DNA of 64,000 nt, from contig NC_057749.1 of assembly GCF_004010195.1 (NCBI RefSeq), positions 23,105,246 through 23,169,245 of the forward strand, given 5' to 3'. This DNA is from Chiloscyllium plagiosum. Taxonomy: Eukaryota. Below are positions 23,690-36,986 of this stretch, one piece after another. A model generated the notes under the pieces. It searched no databases. It was not told the origin of the DNA and saw nothing but the letters and a program-made list of their open reading frames with translations. Both the position numbers and the translations under genes were made by a program. The stretch's first letter is position 1. Every line of letters starts with the position of its first letter.

Positions 23690-24800
23690 CATCCAACATA
23701 GGAGCAGAAGGGGGCCACTCAGCCCATTACATCTGTTCCATCATTCAATGAGATCAAGACTGATCTGAAAAGCCTCAATTCCACTTTCTGGCCTTTTCCC
23801 TAAATGCTTGATTCCTTTACTGAAAAGAACCTATCTATCTCAGCCTTGAATATACTTAATAACCCAATTTCAAAAGCCATCTGCAATTAGGAATTCCGCG
23901 GATTCCCCACCCTCTGGAAGAAGAAATAGCTCCTCATCTCGGTCTTTAATGTGTGACCCCTCAGCCTTTCTGCATAGAGTCACACAGACATAGATATGTA
24001 CAGCACAGAAACAGACCCTTCAGTCCAACTTGGTCATGCCGACCAGATATCCTAAATTAATTTCCTCCCATTTACCAGCATTTGGCCCACATCCCTCTAA
24101 ACCCTTCCTATTCAGATACCCATCCAAATGCCTTTTAAATGTTGTAATTGTACCAGCCTCCACCACTTCTTCTGGCAGCTCATTCCAGATACACACCAGT
24201 CTCTGTGTGAAAAAACTGCCCTTTTGTCTCCTTCCAAATCTTTCCCCTCTCACCTTAAACTCATGCCCTCTAGTTTTGGACTTTCCTCATCCTGGGGAAA
24301 AGACCTTGCCTGTTCATACCATCCGTGCCCCTCACGATTTTATAAACTTCTATAAGGTTCCCCTCAGCCTCGAATGCTCTCGGGAAATTAGCCCCAGCCT
24401 ATTCAGCTTCTCCCTATAGGTCAAACCCTCCAATCCTGGAAACATCTACGCTGTGAAGTCCTCAAAAAAAATCTTGTATACTTAAATGAGGTTGCTTCTC
24501 ATTCTTTTGGACTCCAATAATTATAGGCCCAAACTACTCCAGCTCACCTAATATGCAGTCCATGCCTTCTATCAGCCGAATGATCCTTCTCTGGACGGCC
24601 TTCAATACCAGTACATCTTTCCTTAGGTAGGGGACACAACATTGCTAACAGCATGCTGAGGTCTGATTAGAGCCTCATATAGTTTTAGCGAAACTTCCCA
24701 ACCACTACACTCCATTCCTTTTGAAATAAAGGCCTACATTCCATTTGTCATCCCTATTACCCACTGAACTTGGATGCTAGCATTTTGCGATTCATGGATG
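23690..24800 (-). mobile_element. Old CR1 with younger CR1 3' end nested (~23975-24447)
   Basis: ORF 24020-24253 WNELPEEVVEAG; flanking CR1 tail sequence of another subfamily. Confidence 0.8.
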
Positions 24801-24809
24801 AGGAAGGAC

Positions 24810-26180
24810 ATAGAGCACAGAACATAGAGAACAAAGAACGGTACAGGCCCTTTGGCCCACAATGTTGAGCTGATCATTTATCTTAATCTAAGGTCAACCC
24901 AACCTACGCACCCATCAATTTACTGCCATCCATGTGCTTGTCCAGCAGTTGCTTAAATATCTCTAATGTCTCTGATTCTACTACCACTGCTGGCAGTGCA
25001 TTCCACACACATACCACTCCCTGCATAAATAACCTACCTCTGACATCTCCCCCATACCTTCCTCCAATCACCTTAAAATTATGGCCCCTCATGTCAGCCA
25101 TTTCTGCCCTGAGGAAAAAGTCTCTTGGGGTGGCACGGTGGCTCAGTGGGGGGTTAGCACTGCTGCCTCACAGCACCAGAGTTCCAGGTTCGATTCCAGC
25201 CTTGGGTGACTGTCTGTGTGGAGTTTGCACATTCTCCCTGTGTCTGCGTGGGTTTCCTCTGGGTGCTCTGGTTTCCTCCCACAGTCCAAAGATGTGCAGA
25301 TCAGGTGAATTGGCCATGCTAAACTGCCCATAGTGTTAGGTGCATTTGTCAGAGGGAAATGGGTCTGGGTGGGTTACTCTTCGGAGGGTTGGTGTGGACT
25401 TGTTGGGCTGAAGAGCCTGCTTCCACACTGTAGGGAATCTAATCTAATCTACTCTATCTATGTCTCTCATTACCTTGTACACCTCTATCAAGTCACCTTG
25501 CTTCCTTTTTCTCTCCAGTGTGAAAAGCTCGAGCTCACTCAACCTCTCTTCATAACAGAAGCCCTCCAATCCAGGCAGCATCCTGGTAAACCTCCTCTGC
25601 ATCCTCTCTGAAGCATCTACATCCTTCCTATAATGAGGTGACCAGAACTGGATATAATATTCCAAGCATGGTCTAACTAGGGTTTATAGAGCTGCAGCAA
25701 AACCTCACAGCTCTTAAACTCAATTCCGCTGTTAATGAAAGCAAAAACACCATACACCTTCTTAACAACGCTATCAACTTGGGTGGCAATTTTGAGAGAT
25801 CTATGGACATGGACCCCAAGATCCTGCTGTTCCCCCATACTGCCAAGAATCCTAACTTTAACTTTGCTATCAGCATCCAAATTTGACCTTCCAAAATTAA
25901 TCACTTCATATTTATCCAGATTGAACTCCATGAAGTAGGAGCTAGCCAGAGTTGACGGGAAGGGGAGTCTAGCAGGGAAGATGATGGAGCAGCAGTGGCA
26001 GAAGCTTCTGGGGGGGTAACTCAGGACGCTCAGCAGAAATTCAACCCAAGGAAGAAGAAATAGACTCAGCGGAGGATGAGGCAACCAAGGCTGACAAAGG
26101 GAGTCAGGGACAGCATAAAAACAAAAGAAAAAATAATACAATGGGGTGAAGAGTAGTGGGAAACTAGAGGATTGGGATAA
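24810..26180 (-). mobile_element. CR1 fragments with HE1-like SINE nested at ~25127-25448
   Basis: ORFs 24904-25101, 25444-25665 and 25677-26141 contain CR1 RT C-terminal motifs. Confidence 0.85.
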
Positions 26181-26656
26181 ATAATTTGATTATTATTTAT
26201 ACTCCAAAACATCTGATCATTTCATTGTTCTTAATACTGTCAAAATACCAAGTTGGTTATAATGACTTTATGGGGTGAGTTCTCCCATTTATTGACAAAG
26301 TGTCATTTTAAGTGAGATTCATGTTGAAAGTCCCAACATGGTCCATGTTAACTTTTTCACATCATTGTCTACTCTTCAGCTCATGCATTATCCACACAGG
26401 CAAAAGTGAGGACTGCAGATGCTGCAGATTAGAGTCAAGAGTGTGGTGCTGGAAAAACACAGCAGGTCAGGCAACATAATCTGAAGGGCTTTTGCCTGAA
26501 ACATCGATTCTCATTATCCACACAGCCTCTTTGATGCCTGGCGCATGTAGTCATGAGGTAGTCATGGGTGTTCTTCGCACCACTGGCAAAATATTTAAAG
26601 GTGCAAGTCAGGAGCTGGTTGTCACACTGTGGTACGTAGCTATAATTACTGAGGAC

Positions 26657-26907
26657 ATGGCCCAAAATAGAAAGTTGCTTTTTGGACAGTCCTGCTTTTT
26701 GGACAGTGACCTGGAGGTACTGGTGGACAGGGTGGTGGAGAGGAAGACTTTCCTCTATCATGCAGAACAGTCTATAAGGCCTCACTACAAGACCCACCTG
26801 GCCTAGCCTTGGATAGCAGCGCTGGTTTACACCCTATTTCAAGGAAAACAAAACTTGCAGCAGGGCGGGCAAGAGCCAATGTTCTTCTGCACCCCACCAG
26901 GGTAAGT
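26657..26907 (+). pseudogene. Harbinger transposon Myb/SANT-like ORF remnant
   Basis: MAQNRK...FLDSDLEVLVDRVVERKTFLY...PWIAALV resembles the FSxxELEVLVxxV...W.EIA pattern; ends at GG|GTAAGT. Confidence 0.6.
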
Positions 26908-27839
26908 ATCAACCAGAAGGATCTAATGTAATGCTCCTGTGTTCCTTCAGCATCAATGAGGAAAAATCCTGCAAGTCCCTCCTAAGGGCATTGTAGGTCA
27001 ACCTATAACACATGGACTAAAGCAGTTCAAGAGGCAGCTCATCGCCACCTTCTCAAAAGCAATTATGGTGGGCAATAAATGCTGGCCCAAGCAATGATGC
27101 TCATAACCCGTGAGTGAATAAAAGGTATGTGGTCCTCTAAGTAATTTTACTTTATTCTGATGTTTGTAGTGTAAGACATTTTTACCAAACAACACGAAAA
27201 GAATATATGTCTTGCAGGATTACACCCTCATAGATACCATTTCCCCCTCACCACCAACAACAACCAAGAAATGTGCCATTGACTATATTCGATTATATTC
27301 TTACATATTTACAGTTCAATGGATAATGGTAGCAGCTCTGAGGCACTGTGCATCAATGAGGCCTGTGGTATATATTTATGAATTGGCGACCACAGACTGC
27401 ACTTCTAAGTTCACCCATGATCACATCAGTTTCAAAGAGATGACCAGATTCAATTATGATTAACATAGCGACAATAGCCTGAGGCCAAGATTTTTATTGT
27501 ACATTGTTGGTCAATGCATGAGCTACACTTCGAGTGTAGTTTGATGGCAGATATGTCTCATCACTGACTCCATGAATCCCTGATCAACGCAATTGCCTCT
27601 AACAAGGCATCACATTGTGAACATGTCCTTCCTGCCCCTGAAAACCAAAATTAAAATCATTCAAGACAATTGTGAGTATTTCGGCCGTCAATTTTCTCCT
27701 CTGTAATGCAGTTGATGATTGTTGAAAATGGCACATTATCCAGTTTGTGCTCTTGTGAGTGAGTTGCAGGTTCTAAATGAGAGTCAGGATTAAACCCCCT
27801 CCCTTCCAATTTACATGTGTGCTCTGTGTTGCTGTCCCA

Positions 27840-29580
27840 ATCAGCACCATCAGCTTTCAGGCTTCCCATATTCATATCCAATCCTTTTATTAGTTACGAC
27901 ATTGGCACCTACCCAACAATGTGGAAAATTGCCCTGTTTTGTCTTGCACTCAGAAAGCAGGACAAATCCAATCCGGCCAGTTACTGCCCCCGTCAGTCCC
28001 CTCTTGATCATCAGTAAAGTGATGGAAGGTGTCATCAACAGTGCTAACAAGAAGCACTTGCTCAGCAATAACCTGCTCGGTGACACCCAGTTTGTGTTCT
28101 GTCAGGGTCATTCAACTCCTGACCTCACAACATGTTTCGAACATGGACAGAAGATCTGAATTCTGGAGGTGAGGTGCAAGTGACAATCCTTGACATCAAG
28201 GCTGCATTCACCTTGTGGGTGGCACGGTGGCACAGTGGTTAGCACTGCTGCCTCACAGTGCCAGAGACCCGGGTTCAATTCCCGACTCAGGCGACTGACT
28301 GTGTGGAGTTTGCACATTGTCTGCGTGGGTTTCCTCCCACAGTCCAAAGATGTGCAGGGTAGGTGAATTGGCCATGCTAAATTGCCCATAGTGTTAGGCA
28401 AAAGGGTAAATGTAGGGGCATGGGTGGGTTGCGCTTCAACGGGTTGGTGTGGATCTTGTTGGGCCGAAGGACCTGTTTCCACACTGTAAGTAATCTAGTC
28501 TAATTCAACCGCTTGTGGCATCAAAGAGCCCTAGCAATGGGTAGTGGAGGCAACTCTCTGCTGGTTGGCATTATACTTGGCACATAGGAAAATCGTTGTG
28601 ATTGTTGGAGGTCAGTCATCTCAGCTCCAGGACATCTCTGCAGGAGTTTCTTGGGATAGAGTCCTAAGCCCAACCATCTTCAGCAGCTTCATCAATGACC
28701 TTCCCTCCATCATAAGGTCAGAAGTGATTGCAGTATGGTCAGCATCACTCCTCAGACATTGTAGTAGTCCATGTTCAAATTAAACAATATCTGGGAGATA
28801 TCCATGGATGGGTTGACAAATAGGCAGTAACGTTCATGCCACACAAATGCCAGACTATGACCATCACCAATACGGTACAATCTAACCACCACCCTATGAC
28901 ATTCAATGGTGTTGCCACCACTGAATCCCCTACTATCAACATCCTGGGAGTTACCATTGACCAGAAACTCAATTGGACTCACCACATAAACACAGTGGCT
29001 GCAAGAACAGGTCAGATGCAGCAAGTAACTCCCTCCTGACTCCCCGCAGCCTGTCCACCATCTACAAGGCACAAGTCAGGAATGTGATGGAATATTCCCC
29101 ACTTGCCTGAATGATTGCTGCTCCAACAACACTCTAGGAGTTTGACACCATCTACGACAAAGCAGCCCATACCACATCTACAAAAATTCACTCTCTCCAC
29201 CAGCAACACTCAGTATCAACAGTGTGTACTATCTTCAAGATGCGCTGCAGATATTCACCAAAGATCCTCAGATAGCACCTTCCAAACCAAGACCACTTCC
29301 ATCTAGAAGGACAAGGGCAGCATATACATGAGAACACCACCCCCTGCAAATTCCGCTTCAAGTTACTTACCATCCTGACTTGGAAATATATTGCCGATCC
29401 TTTACTGTCGCTGGGTCAAAGTCCTGAAATTCCCTTCCTAAGGGCATTTTGGGCCAACCTACACTATGTAGACAACAGGGGTTCAAGAAGGCGGCTCACC
29501 ACCAACTTCTCAAGGGCAACTAGGGGCGGGTAATAAATGCCAGCTGGACAGCAATGCCCACATCCAAAGACTGAATTTTA
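27840..29580 (+). mobile_element. L2/CR1-group LINE RT fragment with 3' tail; HE1-like SINE nested at ~28217-28500
   Basis: KVMEGVINS...LLSNNLLGDTQF and VLSPTIFSSFINDLPSII motifs; tail GTTCAAGAAGGCGGCTCACCACC...AATAAATGC. Confidence 0.8.
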
Positions 29581-30199
29581 AAAAGTCCCTGACCATTATT
29601 GCTCAAATAACCAGGACTGAACATGGCCCAACCCCTAGGTTGATGTCTCTGCAACCCCTTGACTGAATTATCTGTAATATCTGAACTGGTTGGACCTGAC
29701 CTGCAGAACTTGCCATAGCCCAAATCCAGAGAGCAGAGACAGTGAATACTGGACAGCAATAGGACTGCCAATGGCCGATTCCCTGGACCACACTTGAAAA
29801 GCTCCTTGACCGACAGTGGTAATAAACTGTGACTGAGAATAGTTTGCGTTGACCCCATTAAGTACTGATCCCATATAATTTGCAGGCATGGCCAGTGGTT
29901 AAAGCACATGCAGTGTGTCAGCTGCATTAGCCACTGGCGCATGTTGGAGGGTGTGAAATTGATGTAACATGGAACTGCACAGCAATGATTCTGTCCCTTG
30001 ACTGTTCAGTGTTGCAATATGCGACTGCCTGCCTTTCTCTTTGTTAACAGCCAGTGCAAGTGCAACATGCCTGGAAGTTTCCACTGAGTATCCGATGCAC
30101 CAAAAGGCAATGCAAGCCAGAGTTGGTGTGAATTTCAATGGAACTGGAAAGTGAGCAAATGATAATTAATAAAGCAATCTGAAGTGCTGAAGGGCTGAA

Positions 30200-31000
30200 A
30201 TAGAATATAGAAAATAGAAAAATACAGCATAAAACAGGCCCTTTGGCCCACGATATTGTACCGAGATTTAATCCTAATGTCAAATATAGTAACTTAACCT
30301 ACGCTCCCCTATCCACGTGCATGTTCAGCAGTTGCTTAAATGTCCCCAGTGATTCTGCTTCCACCAGCACAGCTGGCAACGTCCATGCATTCACAACTCT
30401 CTGCGTAAAGAATTTACCTCTGACGTCTCCTTTATACCCTCCTCCTAATATCTTCAAACTATGACTTCTCGTACCAGACAATCCTGCCCTGGGGAAAGGT
30501 CTCTGGCTATTGATTCTATCTGTTCCTCTCATTATTTTGTACACCTCTATCAGGTCTCCTCTCTTCCTCCTTCTCTCCAGAGAGAAAAGTCCGAGCTTAT
30601 TCAACCTCTCTTCGTAAGGCAAGTCCTCCAGTCCAGGCAGCATCCTGGTAAACCTTCTTTGCACCCTCTCCAAAGCCTATGTATCTTTCCTATAGTCGGG
30701 CGACCAGAATTGGACAGAATATTCCAAGTGTGGTCTCACCAGGGACTTGTAGAGCTGCAGCAAAACCTCGTGGCTCTTAAACTTGACCCCTTGTTAATGA
30801 AAGCCAAAACACTATATGCGTTCTTAACAACCCTATCCACTTGGGTGGCAATTTTGAGGGATCTATGTACTTGCACACCCAGATCCCTCTGTTCCTCCAC
30901 ACTGCCAAGAATCCTGCCTTTAATCCTATATTCAGCATTCGAATTTGACCTTCCAAAATATATCACTTCGCATTTATCCAGGTTGAACTCCATCTGCCAT
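30200..31000 (-). mobile_element. CR1 3' fragment
   Basis: ORFs 30299-30673 and 30736-31098 (WQMEFNLDKCEV, ERVQRRFTRMLPG). Confidence 0.9.
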
Positions 31001-32282
31001 AGCTTGCTATTCTGGAAGCAGCCACGATGATGTAGTGAGGCTGGTGGTTTGGCAGTTCCCAATTGTGAGGAGGAAAGGTAGAAGGTGATGGTGCCCATGA
31101 AAGGTGCAGGAGATGACGGAGCTGGAGATCAAAGTGGAGAGCTGTCACCACCAAGTAAGTGGTCTGACTTTCACCTTGTAAACTGGCTCGATATAGTTTC
31201 TTGGGGAAGTTGGGGAGAGTGGGGAACGCATGGAAATGAAGTGAGCTTAATTATTAAAGAGACACAAATGCACATAAGTAGTGTGTTGTCACTGCTTGTT
31301 CATGAGATTCAGATATCATTGCTTGAACCTTACGGCATAAAGTTGGGAAGAAACGAATTCTGGACGTTGGGAATTTTGGCAGTTCCCAACTGTCTCACCA
31401 TTGCCTCCACTAGTCAGCACTTGGGAAAATCCTGCAACTCTATGCGAAATTCATGGAGGGATATGCTGCCATGAAATCTGATTTGATCGATTAGCTTATT
31501 AACCTTCTGCTGTAGAATTATTTCTTGCGGAGCTCTCCATGATTGAGAAAGGACATCTTCATCATTCCATATTTCAAGACATCACAGTTTCTGGAAACGT
31601 TATGAAGAGGAAACTTCATGAAGACCAAGAAACCCTTAACACACATCATTGTGACATATGAAAAGTGAAGAACTTTGGGTCCCAGCCTTGTTATACACTT
31701 GTTTAATGTCCCAGCTAGCAGACAGATTATAAGAAGACATGATTCTCGATTAATTAAAGCTGACCTACTTTGAAATACTTCCTGCAGTGGCAAAAACAGA
31801 GACAAAGGAAATCCACCAGTGTAAACAATCTCACCTCGCACAGAGCCTGACCAAACAAGATTTGACTTAATTAGATTAAGGTCACAGACAGTTTGATGGT
31901 TTATTTCCTTTCCTTCTTCTTACAATGAAGAAGATATATTCCTACACAACCTTACATCCATTCACTGGAAAGAGAAACACATGCTGAAATCTCTTGTGGA
32001 TACTGTGATCATGAATATATTCAGAAAGAGATCGCTGTCACTGCGGAGGTGCCTTCCTGTTGTTTGCAGGGTGGAATATAGTTCCAAGGATAGTCCTCAA
32101 GCAGCTTTCCCTCCTCCCAGTGATCAGAGAGGTCCTTTCACATTTGCATGTTCACACACATCAAGAGGAACAAGACCTTCACTGTGTGGCAAACCCAAGA
32201 GAAATATAAGGAGCTGCATCAAATGCTCTGAAAACCATTTCTCCACCTCACAAAAGCTTTTATCTCTGCCAACTGCTTCTGG

Positions 32283-32440
32283 TTTGGAGATGCCAGTGTT
32301 GGACTGGGGTGTACAAAGCTAAAAATCATACAACATCAGGTTATAGTCCAACAGGTTTAATTGGAAGCACTAGCTTTCGGAGCGCCATTGATCAGGACAA
32401 CCACCCGATGAAGAAGCAGCACTCCGAAAGCTAGTGATTC
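32283..32440. mobile_element. Penelope-derived short insert (second family) with degenerate hammerhead
   Basis: Family end GGAGATGCC..TGTTGGACTGGGG; CCGATGAAG...CTCCGAAAGCTAG; inverted CACTAGCTTTCGGAG. Confidence 0.65.
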
Positions 32441-32769
32441 CTTCAGCTCCTTTTGCCTTGCTACAATCTTGCAATTCACCTCACAGAAAAATATTCTTAG
32501 ACGTAGACATAATCAAGAAAATAGATGGGACACTCTACAACCTAGGCTAGCTTCATTCCAAAACCAACTTCACTCCAGTGTCATTCTTTGAGTTTCTGAT
32601 TGCATGCCTGCAAAACGTGTGTCAGTATTCACCCAGAAACCGAGCTTGAAGTCAATGTTGACTCCTTTTTCAAAGCTTTTGGGAAAATGGGCCTTTCAAT
32701 AATTATCTAGACAATTAGAAACCTCGTTGGTTCGGCCACTTTTGAAATACTGCATTCAATTCTGTTTCC

Positions 32770-33152
32770 AGGATTGGACTGTTTGAGCTGAATATGCTGG
32801 GGCTATTTTCCCTGGAATGTTAGAGGTTTGAATATGGAGGTCTTTTTCCCCAGGATAGAGGGGTCCAAAACTATAGGGCATAGGTTTAAAGTGAGAGGGA
32901 ATAAGATTTAAAAGGGACCTAAGGGGTAAAACTTTCACGTGTATGGAATGAGTTGCCAGAGGAAGGAGTGGAGGTTGGTACAATTACAACATTTAAAAGG
33001 CATCTGGATAGGCACATGAATAGGAAGAGTTTAGAGGGACATGAGCAAAGTACTGGCAAGTGGGACTAGACTAATGTAGAATATCTGGTCAGCATGGGCG
33101 AGTTGGACTGAAGGATCTGTTTCTGTGCTATACAAATCTATGACTCTATGAT
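32770..33152 (+). mobile_element. CR1 3' end
   Basis: Typical 3' UTR and CTATGACTCTATGA tail. Confidence 0.85.
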
Positions 33153-33939
33153 TCTTCCAACCAGCTCCAACACCTCTCTCTGTGGATTGAGATCATTGAC
33201 AAGGTCTTGGAAACTGTGGACTAATTTTTAATCCTCAGAAGCACTACCACTTGTAAGGTACCCTCAAAGCCACACATCCTCCTGACTTGGAGATTTATCA
33301 CTATTCCTTTGTTGGCTCAGGATCAAAATCGATGGAGGCAGGCAGAGATGACGAAATTCCCCAAAAACCTCCAAAGTGCCAGCCCAGACTTTAGCTACCT
33401 CAAGGAGATAGCATTTGAGGATCAGGGTCTCGAAACGAGACTAGGTTTATGGTCTATCACGCATCAGTTACCCAGCATTGCTAGATGCTTCAGAGATTGG
33501 ACAACCTGCAGCAGACACCTCAAAGCACTAAAAAAGTACCATCAGTGGTGCCTTCACTAGCTAATCCAAATCTATTGCCAAAAGAGGCATTGAGCCCTAT
33601 CAAACCAACGCGCCAAACATTGAGCCTCATATCAATCAAGACCAATTCTGTTTGGTTGGGCATTTCTTTCATTCTTCCATGGGTTGTGGGCATTGTTAGC
33701 TAAGCTAGTGTCTGTTGCCCTTCCTTCATTGCCCTCATTAATGTGGTGGTGAGATATCTTCTTGAATAGCCGCAGTCCATCTGGTTATAGCTGGACCCGT
33801 AGTGCTACTTGGAAGGAAGTTCCAGGATTTTGAGCTTGGATCTATGAAGGAAAAGCGATAAAGCTCCAAGTTGGGACAGGTGAGCGGCTGAGGGGAAAAC
33901 TTACAATTGGTAGTGTCCCAATGCATCTGATGGTCATTG

Positions 33940-34515
33940 ACTGACATTTGTGTGGTGCAATCGTTTCTTGCTACAAATGCTGCCCGGGTCTTGCTGCTAC
34001 ATACAGCCAGAGTATTGTGTGCCATTCTGGAATCCACATTATAGGAAGGATGCAATCCCACTGGAGGGGGTATCGAAGAGATTTACCTGGGCTGGAGCAT
34101 TTCTCTTATGGAGAGAGATTGGACAGACCAGAGTTGTATTCCTTAGAGCAAAGGACATTGAGGTGGGACATGATTGAGATGTGTACAATTGTGAGGGTGG
34201 ACAGGAAGGAACATTTCCCTTTGGTGGAGGGATCAATGACCGGGGATTTAAGGGAAGGGGCAGAAGATTTAGAGAGGATGTGAGGGAAAATGCTTTCATC
34301 CAGAGGGCAGTTGGAACCTGGAACTCTTCCTGTAAGGGTGGTGGCAGCAGATACCCCCATAACATTGAAGAAGTGTTCAAATGTGCACCCGTGAAAGTAA
34401 TCAAGGCTGTGGGCCAAGTGCTGGAAAATGGGATTCAAATAGTGTGATGGTTATTTTTTCTGGTACAGACTCAATGGATCAAAGGCCTTTTTCCTGTGTC
34501 GTAGACCTCTATAAT
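33940..34515 (+). mobile_element. Old CR1 3' fragment
   Basis: EYCVPFWNPHYRKD and FIQRAVGTWNS motifs. Confidence 0.8.
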
Positions 34516-35559
34516 GATAGACATGGACATCTTCAGTGCTGGGACATTGTGCTATCATCAGCAAGTCTTATCAATTCTTTCCTAACATTGGAAGGTAGTC
34601 CAAAGATGTGCAGGTTAGGTGGATTGGCCATGCTAAATTGGTCAAAAGTGTCCAGGCTAGGTGGACTAGCCATGGGGAACATAGGGTCACAGAAATAGGG
34701 TGGCAAGGGGGCGGGGGGTCTGGGTAGAATGCTCTTCAGAGGGTCAGTGTGAACTCAATAGGCCGAATGGCCTGCTATAGGGATTCTATGATTCTATGAT
34801 TGATTAAAGAGCTTAAGATGGTTAGATCTAGAACACGATTCTGCAGCAATGTACTGGGACAGAGATGATTGACAGGTAATGACCACAACAACTTTCTATC
34901 ATGGAGTGTTTTCCCTGATTTCCTTCAACTCTAGTTTTGCTAGGGTTCTCTGATGTCACACCCAGTTAAATGCTGGCAAAGGCAATCACTCCAGTATCAC
35001 CCCTTGATTTAAACTCTTTTGAACATGTTTGGGCCAATATTTTAATAAGGTCAGGAGCCAAGTAGCCCAAATTGATCAGTGAGCAGGTTATTGCTAGGTT
35101 AGTGCTGCTTGATAGAACAGGCAATGATGCTTTGCTGATGATCAATAGTAGACTGATGGAATTGGCTGGAATGGTTTGGTCTGCTTTTTGAGCACAGGAC
35201 ATACCTGGACTCATCAGCCATTGACCCAGAGTGGAAATAAGACATTCTGAGTCCCAAAAGACTGCCCGAGATTGAGCAGCAGATTCCTATATTAGACCAA
35301 GTGTACGATGTATAGTGGCTGTGCTGTTTTCCTGGCAGTTCAGAAACCTTCTCTTATAATCCAAAGAACAAGCCCAAGAGGAAAATTTGAGAATTTGGAT
35401 TCAATCCTCTGAAAAAGCGATGAATTAAACCCTGGTGCAAGTGACCATGAAGATATCAGATTGCAACCCTTTACAGGTGAACCTTCCATATTTACCCATG
35501 CTAATATAAACCTAACTTCAGCTCTAAATGTAAAAGCACCATAGCTATATGGGAACAAA

Positions 35560-35699
35560 TGTAAAAACAATGACTGCAGATGCTGGAAACCAGATTCTGG
35601 ATTAGTGGTGCTGGAAGAGCACAGCAGTTCAGGCAGCATCCGAGGAGCAGTGAAATGCTGCCTGAACTGCTGTGCTCTTCCCCGCACCACTAATCCAGA
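35560..35699 (-). mobile_element. Penelope-derived palindromic short insert with 13-bp TSD
   Basis: ATATGGGAACAAA at 35547-35559 and 35700-35712; inverted arms of ~45 bp. Confidence 0.8.
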
Positions 35700-36184
35700 A
35701 TATGGGAACAAAGGACTGGCCCCTTACTGAGAGATGACTGGTGATGTTTTAATCTGAGGATCACTGCACTACAGGCAAGGAGAGTGGTTAAGAAGCAGAG
35801 TTCTTCACAGTAACCTTAACCAGTGTGGGAATAAAACTCCCACTGTTAGTGTCACTCTGCCTTGCAAATAGGCTGTAAAGCTAACAGAGTCTTTACCAAA
35901 ACAGTTAACTCTAGCTGCCCTCGAAAATGGTGATGGAGTTGATTCACCATTACCTTCTCAGGAAGCTGAGGATGGACAATAAATGTTGGCCTTGTCATTA
36001 ATCATATCCAAAAAGGGAATTAAAACAAACATAAAGACCTTGGCAAGATCATTTTGAATTTGCCATTACAATTACTCCACGTGGATTGAATGCTTATTGT
36101 ACATAAACTTGTAACTTGGACATTGGGATTTATGACAATCACCACAGCTTTGCCTTTCACTTAAAGCACGTCAATACCTCATCC

Positions 36185-36588
36185 CAAAGCCCAGTCCACC
36201 ATGCACGCCAACCTTCCATCCTTTGGCTCCATCTACACTTCTCACTGCCTCGGGAAGGCAGCCAACATCATCAAAGACCCCTCCCACCCCAGTTATAATC
36301 TCCTCCAACCTCTTCCATTGGGCAGCAGATACAGAAGTTTAAACACGTGGACCAACAGCTTCTTCCCCGCTGTTATTAGCTGTCTGAATGGACCACGCAA
36401 ATTTCAAATCTAATGTTGATCTCTCTCTCTCTGCATCTTCTCTAAAACTGAAACATTGTATTCCTCGCTCTGTTCTATTACCCTGATGCACTTTGTATGA
36501 TATGATCTGCTTGTACCGCATGCAAAACAAAACATTTCACTGTACCTAGGTACATGCAACAATAATAAATCAAATCAAATCAAATCAA
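36185..36588 (+). mobile_element. Rex1/Babar-like LINE 3' end
   Basis: KAANIIKDPSHP...LPLGSRYRSL...SFFPAVISCLN; (AAATC)n tail. Confidence 0.75.
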
Positions 36589-36986
36589 GTGATAATTTTA
36601 TAAAATTAGAGAAAATTTGCACCGCTTACAAATTGGCATCTCTCTCAGCTCTCATTGCTCCAGAAAAATGCAACATTTTAAACAACTTACTATATGCTCC
36701 ATGGAATATGATTTTTGAAACAGCAGCTTTTTCTCCTTTCTCCTTGGCTTAAAGCAGTATGTTCCTTTATTAATCCACAGTGCTAAAATAAAGAAAATAA
36801 AAGATATGCTCTTTACATGTCTCCATCCTTGGGAAACATTGAGTATTATTTCAAAAAACATGTTTTCATCAACTAATACATGACGCACAGAAAGCAAAAC
36901 GTAATAATAATTACATCCATTCACGCTTACCCTCCCTTGTACAAGTCTAAGAATCTTTTATCAACTCTAAAGTCCTTGATGTTTTA

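Noticed and set aside
29600..30140. Possible Harbinger transposase remnant on the minus strand (also ~44950-45480)
   Set aside because: Only faint motif resemblance; cannot be supported without a profile search.
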